From Rhynchopus sp. YZ270_cl-10 (Eukaryota), in assembly GCA_964035575.1 (NCBI GenBank), contig OZ037836.1, positions 1,116,001 through 1,180,000 of the forward strand: 64,000 bases of DNA, read 5' to 3'. The notes under the pieces were generated by a model. It did not search any database, had not been told where the DNA came from, and saw only the letters and a program-made list of their open reading frames with translations. Shown piece by piece: positions 49,596 to 59,274 of the stretch (position 1 is its first letter; each line of letters begins with the position of its first letter). Made by a program: the position numbers and the translations under genes.

Positions 49596-50813
49596 TCATT
49601 GTGCGTGTCTCTGTCGCTTCTGGCTTTGCTCGGGGGATTCGTCTCTGCTTCGTTTCGGACGTGCTTCAACCACAAGCTTACTCAGCTTCTTGTCCTTCCT
49701 CACTTCGTTGGACACAACACTGCTGCAGCCGGAAAGGTAAATGCTCGTCAACGAAGTGCAGCGCGCAGCAAAATGCGTATTCTGAGTAAAAATATTCAGA
49801 CGAATATGCGTCACATTGCTGAGTGCTGACAAATCCAGGGTCGTTAAGCTGCTGCAGTTCTGAAGGAAGCTCGCACCAACCTGCGTCACATTGCTGAGTG
49901 ATGATAAATCGATAGTGGTTAAGCTCTCGCAGCCGTCAAGAAAGCTATCATTAATCGACGTCACGTTCCTGAGTGGGGATAAATCCAGGGTCGTTAAGCT
50001 CCTGCAGTTCTGAAGGAACCACACATCAACCTGCGTCACATTGCTGAGTGCTGATAAGTCGACGTTGGTTAAGCTGCTGCAGCCGCAAAGAAAGCTGTCA
50101 CCAATCCGCGTCACGTTGCTGAATGGTGCTAAATCCAGGATCGTTAAGCTCTTGCAGTTCTGAAGGAAGCCCTCACCAACCTGCGTCACATTGCTGAGTG
50201 GTGGTAAAAAGATAGTGGTTAAGCTCTCGCAGCCGGAAAGAAAGCTATCATTAATCGACTTCACATTGCTGAGTGGGGATAAATCCAGGGTCGTTAAGCT
50301 GCTGCAGGTCTGAAGGAACCACACACCAACCTGCGTCACATTGCTCAACCCAGAGATGTCGATACTTGTCAACGAGGTGCAGTGGTGTAGGAAGTAGTTT
50401 CCAATGTGGGTCACAATGGACTCAGCACTGAGATCAAGTCTCGTCAACGAAGTGCGTCCCAAGAACCAATTCGGAATGACAGTCGCAACCTCCGCCTGCA
50501 GAAGCAAACACGCCACCTCAGGATCCCTCACACTCTTCAACTTCTCGGCTGTGATGTCGGTCACACCCAACGCATGAAGCTCTGCAATGGCTTCGTACTT
50601 CTGCGTTTTCGTGAGGATGATTGTGTCACCAGCACTCAGCTGCGTCATGTCCGCTCCTTCTCCTATCGGTTCGTCTCCGAAACTCATGCAAAAGCCGTCT
50701 TCAGGCAACCCCATTGCAGTCGCCACCTTCTGCCGCATCACCGCAAGTGTATCATCCTCACCCAGCTCGACCGTATGCTTCACTCCGTTCAACCCCTTGA
50801 TAGTCAAATCCAT
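49596..50813 (-). CDS. Ubl + 9 LRRs + NLS (copy 3)
   Basis: Intact ORF; MDLTIKGLNGVKHTVELGEDDTLAVMRQKV is strongly ubiquitin-like; an alternative start lies at 50834. Confidence 0.92.
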   Translation of the reverse strand: MDLTIKGLNGVKHTVELGEDDTLAVMRQKVATAMGLPEDGFCMSFGDEPIGEGADMTQLSAGDTIILTKTQKYEAIAELHALGVTDITAEKLKSVRDPEVACLLLQAEVATVIPNWFLGRTSLTRLDLSAESIVTHIGNYFLHHCTSLTSIDISGLSNVTQVGVWFLQTCSSLTTLDLSPLSNVKSINDSFLSGCESLTTIFLPPLSNVTQVGEGFLQNCKSLTILDLAPFSNVTRIGDSFLCGCSSLTNVDLSALSNVTQVDVWFLQNCRSLTTLDLSPLRNVTSINDSFLDGCESLTTIDLSSLSNVTQVGASFLQNCSSLTTLDLSALSNVTHIRLNIFTQNTHFAARCTSLTSIYLSGCSSVVSNEVRKDKKLSKLVVEARPKRSRDESPEQSQKRQRHAQ

Positions 50814-50914
50814 ATTTGTGTCGCTCTGTATCATAGGTAACGGAGGGTGATGGTGATGTGGAGAAGGTGAGGAGGTGTGGGGGAAATAAACAAGAGTTTC
50901 TTTTTAAAAATAAT

Positions 50915-51062
50915 TTTCTCTGTAACCTCTACACGTTTATACGGCAGGTAACCGGCTGAGGTGATACTTCCGGACTGAGGAAGGGCATTCTTTTACTTTT
51001 TTTATTGCCTGGATGGGGATGGGGGCGGCTTTGTCTAGATTGTTTTTTTTTTCTCGTAGTCT
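50915..51062 (-). mobile_element. Solo 3' end of the CRE-like retroelement family
   Basis: Matches ~59285-59427, the 3' terminus of the element at 59275-62120. Confidence 0.75.
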
Positions 51063-52244
51063 TATACCCTCATAGTATAAATTATGTTATTGTTACAAAT
51101 AAATTATTTCGGCGATTTTTATTTTTTTTATAACATTTTTGCATTTTGTTACTTTTTTCATTTTTTGCATTTTATTTTTTTGTAACATTTTTGTTACGCC
51201 GCAGGCGTAACAAAAATGTTACTGGGGGGGCTAATAAAGCATACAGCGCGGAAACCCCTGCCACATGATGGTGTAAAAATCTAGCTTTTTACACAGAGTC
51301 ACTCAACGAACCCTTTTTTGCGGAGCAAAAAAGGGAAAATGGCGCCGCAGGCAAAAAAAAATTGAGGTACAGCCTGGATCGTGTGGTCAGCAACCCAGTT
51401 CCCTATGGTACTCCCGTGGTTCAACCATGGCTCTTTATTTTTTCTTTGTAACATTTGTTACTTTTTGCCCAACTGCAAAAAAACGAATAAAACATTTTAT
51501 TAAATTGTTACAAAAAAAAATGTTACTTTTGGGTCATTTTTTTATTAATTTATTTTTGAAAAAACATTATTTTTACTATGAGGGTATCAGTGTTTTTTCT
51601 AGGATTCGGGGTTTTTGGCTGACGGGGGGGCACAGGGCAAAAAAGTGCATATATTTTTTTTCTCGCGGTTGACCATGCAACAGGGGAGTGTATAGGTTTT
51701 GTGGGTTTTCGTAGATCAAAACTCGGTCGAGCCCGGGCGCACTTCGCACGCCCGGGTCCGCAACCCAGCTCAAGTTGGGGCCTCCGGCAATGTGAGAATT
51801 CCTCGGTTTTTTTGTCCAACTGCGGAGTTCGGCACTTCATTGATATTTGCACCAGGCACACGTGGTACACGAATTGTCAGTAACCTCAGTACATTTACAA
51901 GAGAAACGGCGGTCATGGCACCCAAAGGTTCCTGGCGAAGCCACGGTACGCAACATTTCTAAAAATTGCGCTTAAAATTGCACATTTTTACTGCCAAACT
52001 ATATCACCTTCGACGCAAAACAGTTATGTTGCTACGGAAACGCCGACTCCCCTTACTTCCTGGTGAGGCTCGCGAGAGCATGATGGGGAAGGTGAAGGGG
52101 GGCAGAGTGGTAGGGGGGTGGGTCACCCACCCCTACCACTCTGCCCCCCCGCCCCCCCACAGAGATTTCACGGGGGGGCACGCCCCCCCTCGAAATCTCA
52201 AAAAAGTCTGACGGGGGGGCGCGCGCTAGGGGAGGGTCACTGTA

Positions 52245-52998
52245 CTCGATAAATGCGATTTTTCCGATTTTGATCCTCAGAACCGCAGAAGTCCCCGAAA
52301 ACTATACCAAACCACCTAGGGGACCCAAAAAACGCACCAGCGCCCCAGTTTTGACACAGAAACACTCAGATAATGCCTGAAATGCAATTTTAAAAGAGTG
52401 CCTACAGAACTTGTACCTGACCACCCCCCGTAGATAGAGCAAATCACACATTCATCACGCCTCAGTGTGGTCCAGGGGCCAGAAAAGCCCCCAAAGCCAC
52501 ATATTTTCACCCCAGAACCTATCCCGAGGGGTACCCAGGCGGTTTCGGGGTGTTTAGAGGGACTTGGTGGAACTTAGAACCATGTTTCAAAAAGGGTACA
52601 AGTACTTGGTCCCTTGAGAGGGCAAACCCTTGGCACAGTACTTGTACCCTTTTTGAAACATGGTTCTAAGTTCCACCAAGTCCCTCTAAACACCCCGAAA
52701 CCGCCTGGGTACCCCTCGGGATAGGTTCTGGGGTGAAAATATGTGGCTTTGGGGGCTTTTCTGGCCCCTGGACCACACTGAGGCGTGATGAATGTGTGAT
52801 TTGCTCTATCTACGGGGGGTGGTCAGGTACAAGTTCTGTAGGCACTCTTTTAAAATTGCATTTCAGGCATCATCTGAGTGTTTCTGTGTCAAAACTGGGG
52901 CGCTGGTGCGTTTTTTGGGTCCCCTAGGTGGTTTGGTATGGTTTTTGGGGACTTCTGCGGTTCTGAGGATCAAAATCGGAAAAATCGCATTTATCGAG
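52245..52998. repeat. Near-perfect foldback: ~362-bp arms, 30-bp spacer
   Basis: 52245-52606 is the reverse complement of 52637-52998 with few mismatches. Confidence 0.95.
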
Positions 52999-53591
52999 AG
53001 ATTTAACGTGCAGTGACCCCCCCTTAGGGGGTCCGACTGTGAGTAAAATGACCGTACCAAAAACTCATTATTAAACTTCTGGTCATTTCCAAGGCAACTG
53101 CAGGTGAAAAACACCCTCAGAGTGGGTCACAGGGGGCCTGTGGGCCGAAAAACGACCCAGAAGCCACCCCAGAATACAAAAAAATGGAAAAAAATAGTGA
53201 AAAAACGGCTTTTTTCACGTTTTGGCCATGTTGGGCAAAATAGCGATTTTTCAAGAAAAACCCAAAAAAACGGTTATTTTTTGACATCACAAAACCTCCT
53301 TTGGCACAAATATACCCCAAAAGTGGCCCGTGAGTCCATTCCAACCTGTTTTGGACATATTTGACACTTTTGGAAGTGTTTTTTTGGTGTTTTTACGTCA
53401 AAAAAAATACCCTGGCAATACCCTGACCGCGCTCCGGCAGCATTCCAGCATGCTGTTTGACCCATATAGGGGTCAAGAAATGGCCAAAAACCCCCGAAAA
53501 AGGACCCTGGGAACCCAGATAGTTCCAAATTTCCACCACATCCCCACCCAAACACCGCAAAAACACGACAGAAAGTCGTCTTAAAAAACAC

Positions 53592-53940
53592 TCCTCCTGA
53601 AACTCTATGAAGGTCTGACCTGAGGGTAAAAGGTGCTGGGTATGCTACCCTGGGTGCTGAAGGCAGGCACACAACATGTGTGGAGGGACCTGCAGAGCCC
53701 TAGCCAGTGAAGCCAAGGAGGCCCCCCTAGGAAACTAGGGAACGGATTGGAAGAGACCTCGCCGGTAGCCGGGAACCCTCCCTGGGCTAGTACAATGATG
53801 AAACTTCAATCTAAAGTCCACACCCATGTGGCGGCCGCTTTGGCATGCGTCTGTAAGGACAGCCTTGACTGATACTTTCTGTATTAGCACACGATTGCCT
53901 CCCTGAAGGCTACGTAGCTACCTGAGTACAAAAAAAAAAA
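53592..53940 (+). mobile_element. Short poly(A)-tailed retroposed insertion (5'-truncated LINE end or SINE)
   Basis: Ends in an A-run; AAAAAACAC duplicated on both sides; empty site TTAAAAAACACACATTTTTC at ~62774. Confidence 0.8.
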
Positions 53941-56326
53941 AAAAAACACACATTTTTCAAAAAGGTCATTATGGAGCCTGTCTGACGATAGCAATTTTTC
54001 AAGAAAAAACCAAAAAAACGGCTATTTTTTGACATCACAAAGCCTCCTTTGGCACAAATATACCCCAAAAGTGGCCTGTGAGTCCATTCCAACCTGTTTT
54101 GGACATATTTGACACTTTTGGAGGTACCCTAAATTGGTCAAAAATGGTAAAAATGGTAAAAATGGTAGGAATTTTGGGGGCTTTTTTCGGGGAAAAAAAG
54201 GGTGAGGGGAGTTGGGTCCAGTCATAGGGGGTATAGCATATTTTTTGGAAAATTCTTCAAAAAATCAAGGATTTTTGCTGGGCACAATGAAAATTTTCAG
54301 AAAAATCCCAATTTTCGGCCAAATTTGGAGCAAATTATGGCCCACCCACCCCGATTTTGGGTCAAAAACCGACTTCATTTTTGCACAGGAGTGCCTACGA
54401 TTTCGTAAACCAGAGGTCCTCTGGATGCATACATTGATAAACACAACACTGGAAATTGCAAGGAACGGGTCTGCATGTGCGTGTTCTCTAGCCACCACAG
54501 TCACGGGGGTATGCACAAAATGACCGAAGTGCAATGGCGTGAACGAAGTGCAATGGCGATAATGGAAAGATAGATGCCGGCATTGGTGAATTGCTGGAGT
54601 TCTGCACAGGAAGCTAGCATGACGTAGAATCACTGTGTGAACAAAATGACCGTATTTTGGTTGAAAATTTGACTTGAAAATTTTTTTCATAATTTGCCCA
54701 ATCGAAGGTTTTCCTTGGATTTTTTGGGCCATTTTATGACGTACCACGCTCGATTTTGGGCGAAAAAAAATTTTTTTTTTTGGTCAAAAATCGCCTTGTA
54801 TTACCACTGTATTGGTGTAGGCTTGTACACAGAAGTGTGTTTTGTGTAACCACAGATGGTCAAAACACCCGATTTTTGCATTTTTTTTGCATTTTTTGGT
54901 GCCCAAAGACCCACCTCAGTGGTCGAAATTTTCCCGAAAAAAAATTTTTTTTTTTTTGAGATTTTTCGATTTTTCGACAAGGCGCTGGCCCATACAAAGT
55001 GCACTGGTGGTACAGAAAATGGCTGGGGAATAAACTCTAGATGCTCAAAACAGCCCAATTCATGCTTTTTTTGACTTTTTGGTCTCAGAAGGGTACCTAG
55101 GGTGTAGTGAGCAGGCCTCAAAAACACTTGTGAAAAAAAAATTTTGGATTTTTTTTTTTTTTTGTGACAACTGCCTTGCAAAGGTTGTAGGGGAGGAAAT
55201 GAAAACATATCTGAGTTGTGCCCGAATTTTTTGGTGTGAGCGATGTAAACACGACACAACTTATTCACAGAAAAGTTTTTGATTTTGTCCCTACACACTC
55301 CACAAAAATCCGGTGCGATCAACGAAAAATGGCCGTTTTAGTCTTCCTCATGGATTTTAAGATCGAGTCGTAAGGCAGGCCACTGAGGCCGGTTTTGTGT
55401 GGACGGTGAAGGGGCACACGGAAGAGTAGCCGCTGGAAGAGGTCGGGCCCCTCAGCGGAAAATAGAGGGCCAAGAGGGTAAAGGTATGCACGGGAACTGA
55501 CGTTCCTCGACCCCCCTCGTGGACAAACTTGTTGGAGCGGGAGATCGGTCGATTATCTCGCCGAAGCAGAGAAGGACAAGCCAGCGGAGCCGAGAAGCCA
55601 AGAAGTCCGGGTGCGTGACCGAGACACCGGAGGGTTTGCGGGAATCTGCAAGGAGTTCCGTTTTCTTGGGAGAGCAGGATAGGCGTCGCCGTGAGCCACA
55701 TCCACGTTCCCATGCGGGACGGGGCTACGGACCGGACGCTAGACCCCCTGAAGTGGTCTTCTGCCGCAGTGCGTGAAGGAGGTGAGGTTTTTTGGTGTCA
55801 CAGGGATTGCCTGCCGCCGGGGCCGAGAACACTGAGGGGACAGCCGTGGAGGAGTTCGACATGGAGGGCCTGTTGGGGTTTAGGGCCGCGTGACTGCACG
55901 TTTTCGTGGACTTTGGCGTGTGAGTCAACAACGCACCTCAGGGTTTAATAGCGTGGCGATCGACGGGCGGCGACCCTTTTTCTGCTGGGGTCGGAGACAT
56001 TGGGGCAACTGCGGTGGGATGCTTTGGTTTTGCAGACCGTGCGACAGGACGACGGGAGTACGTTTTTCGTGTAGTCACGACACCGCCAGGAAGGAAGCAC
56101 ACGGCGAAATCGGTCTCCTGATGAGCACTATTGACTCCCAAAGAAGTCACCACGTCGGCGCTTTCAGAGGCGGCAACTCTGAATATATGAATACTGGTTA
56201 CAAAGTCTGGCAAGGGCCTAGAAGTAACGGTTAGTACTCACGAATCAAAAGGTAAGGAGAACGTCTAGTGTGGAGACATACAGACACAAGCTAGGTCAGG
56301 AATACGTAGGAAATAATGTAGCCACA

Positions 56327-56868
56327 GCGAAGGGAGCTTCCCCGCAGAGCAATGCTCTGGGACCCACGTGTAGTGGTTAAAGTCTAGCGCCGGTTACAAG
56401 GTAGGACAAACAATATCTATAGCGAAGGGAGCTTCCCCGCAGAGTACAGCTCTGGGACCCACGTGTAGTGGTTAAAGTCTCGCGCCAGATATACAGAAGG
56501 GACAATAGTAGCCACAGCAAGGGGAGCTTCCCCGCAGAGCAATGCTCTGGGACCCACGTGTAGTGGTTAAAGTCTAGCGCCGGTTACAAGGTAGGACAAA
56601 CAATATCTATAGCGAAGGGAGCTTCCCCGCAGAGTACAGCTCTGGGACCCACGTGTAGTGGTTAAAGTCTCGCGCCAGATATACAGAAGGGACAATAGTA
56701 GCCACAGCAAGGGGAGCTTCCCCGCAGAGCAATGCTCTGGGACCCACGTGTAGTGGTTAAAGTCTAGCGCCGGTTACAAGGTAGGCACACATATCTATAG
56801 CGAAGGGAGTTTCCCCGCAGAGTACAGCTCTGGGACCCACGTGTAGTGGTTAAATCTCGCGCCAGATA
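56327..56868. repeat. Six ~95-bp units alternating A/B (190-bp period)
   Basis: Units start at 56327, 56422, 56517, 56612, 56707 and 56800. Confidence 0.95.
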
Positions 56869-58299
56869 TGTAGACGGGAGCGTCGTATCCGCAACGAAGG
56901 GTCGCGCAGTGGAGCCGTGCCGAGGAGCAGATGCAGGAGGCCATCGAGTCGATGAACATCGCGACCGAGACTGGCGCGTCTTACCACATGCAGCAGCACA
57001 TCAACAGGATGAAGGTGCGGTCTGTCACGAAGAAGCCGAAGTAAGTGCGGTACAAGGAGTCGAAGAGGGTCGACGAAGAACACTGTCAACAAGTGGACGA
57101 AGAGCCTTGACAGGAAGAGAAGTCGTGCGAGTCGAAGGAGACGAACTGCGAGCGGACGTGGCGGTAGTGCGGGGCTGTGACAAAGTGCTGGATTGGGTAC
57201 GGGACGGTCAAGGTTGCGTACTACGCTGCAAAGAAGGTGCTGAGCGTGGCCGAGCGTGCGGTCAAGGTGTGTCGGTGAAGGCGTACATGACGGGTGTGGG
57301 CCACCGTTTCTACTTTGCTTCCGAGACCAACGTCAACCAAGAGTAGTTGGTGCCGAACATTTACAACGAGTCAGACACCACATGAAGACACACAGCAGGA
57401 CCAGCGAGATCGACGCACGCAGGAAGCGTAACCGTGCGCTAGCATAGCTCGGGACTCACGTGTAGTGGTAGTCTCGCGCTGGTGACAAAGGAGGAAACGT
57501 TATCTATTGTGCAGGGAGTTCCCCCGCAGAGCTCGGCTCGGGGACCTGTTATGTCCCACAACAGATACAAGTAAGGGGCGCTGGAATATCTAGGCGTAGA
57601 AGGGAGCGGTGTAGGGGTGCGGGAGTTGGTGCGCTGAAGAATCCCCGTTTTGTGTGTAAAACCTCCGGGGAAGGGGGTGAGACGGGATGGCTGTTCAATC
57701 CTGAGGTGGAGCCGGGGGGTTTTCAAGCGGGGCGAGACGTGTGTGTCCGGGGTCGGTGGTGACGGAATGAAGAGGCTGCGAAGGCGGCGACCTCGGGAAC
57801 GTAGGCGAGCTAGGGGCAACACGCCCGCCACATCTGCGTGTGTGAGGACAAGACCTTTGACGACCTGCTGTCATACGTGACGACGGCGGGCGGAGATGAG
57901 GGCGGAGGCGTGCATGATGCGCTCAGGGCGACTGCCAAGAACTACACCTGATCATGCCCGCCACAGCTGCGTTGCCATGAGGACAAGGGCCTTGGCGACC
58001 TGCTGTTGTACGTGACGATTGCGGGCGGAGGTGTGCACGATGCGAGCAAGGCGACTGACAAAAAGTACAGGAAGAAGCCTGGAAGCGCGTCGAGGACGAG
58101 GTAGTCAAAGGGGAAGAAGAGCAAGAAGTCGAAGGGCTCCCCAAGTAGTCGTCCCCGAAGAAGTAAGAGCGGACGGACTAAATTTCGACGCAGATGCATC
58201 CGGGCGCAAGTAGGCCGCCTCGTGGAAGGTTTCCCCCAGGATGGCGCAAGGTGTTCTTGCGGGTGGAGACTCACCATACTTTTTTGTGAAGGGGGCGCC

Positions 58300-58655
58300 G
58301 GCGGCGATGGATGTGGGGTTGCTGGGTGCCGGGGAGTTGCGGCGGAGACCTTGCGTGACGGGCTTGATGCTGTTCATCGACATGACACGGTGGACGCGGC
58401 CTTGAACCGCTGGGGGCTGTTTTCCAGTCGGCAGACCAGGTGGGACTCGCTTTTCGCTCCACCGGCGAAATGCGCCGGGGTGACCTAGTCGGCCGCGAAG
58501 AGCTGGGGGCCGCTAGACTGGGACGTTTTTGCATTACCTGTCCGCTGGGGACTCTACGTACATTGAGTGTGTTGGAGTTAGCGCAGTTCGACCCTGGAGC
58601 GGCGAATGACGCTGAATTGCTGGTGTACACACTGTGCGGTGTCGAGGAACCCTGA
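58300..58655 (+). pseudogene. Frameshifted restriction-like endonuclease (RLE) remnant
   Basis: HRHDTV ... RRGDLV ... WDV/CITCPL across frames resembles the RHD...RPADV...DVTVxxPL pattern. Confidence 0.5.
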
Positions 58656-59274
58656 CACTAGTTCCTTATGTTAGCGATGTTGGTTGGTTCGCGAAGCATG
58701 GTTTCTGCACTGCAAGCAGTTTCCAGGTGGAATTGGATGCGATCAACGAAAAATTCTTTTTCTGATTTCGTTTCTTTCTTTATCAGACTAGCTTAAACTC
58801 AGATGACAGTTTTTATTTTTGTGACAACTGCCTTGCAAAGGTTGTAGGGGAGGAAATGAAAACATATCTGAGTTGTGCCCGAATTTTTTGGTGTGAGCGA
58901 TGTAAACACGACACAACTTATTCACAGAAAAGTTTTTGATTTTGTCCCTACACACTCCACAAAAATCCGGTGCGATCAACGAAAAATTCTTTTTCTGATT
59001 TCGTTTCTTTCTTTATCAGACTAGCTTAAACTCAGATGACAGTTTTTATTTTTGAGATTTTTCGATTTTTTGACAAGGCGCTGGCCCATACAAAATGCAC
59101 TGGTGGTACAGAAAATGGCTGGGGAATAAACTCTAGATGCTCAAAACAGCCCAATTCATGCTTTTTTTGACTTTTTGGTCTCAGAAGGGTACCTAGGGTG
59201 TAGTGAGCAGGCCTCAAAAACACTTGTGAAAAAAAATTTTTGGATTTTTTTTTTTTGAGATTTTTCGATTTTTT

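Larger units (their letters stand above)
55331..58737 (+). mobile_element. Decayed GC-rich insertion with a 17-bp TSD, probably derived from a CRE-like non-LTR element
   Basis: TGCGATCAACGAAAAAT at 55314-55330 and 58738-58754; empty site at ~58971; frameshifted RLE motifs near the right end. Confidence 0.65.

Noticed and set aside
56327..56868. CRISPR-like repeat-spacer appearance
   Set aside because: The linkers are only two alternating sequences, the repeats are ~65 nt, there are no cas genes and the context is eukaryotic.
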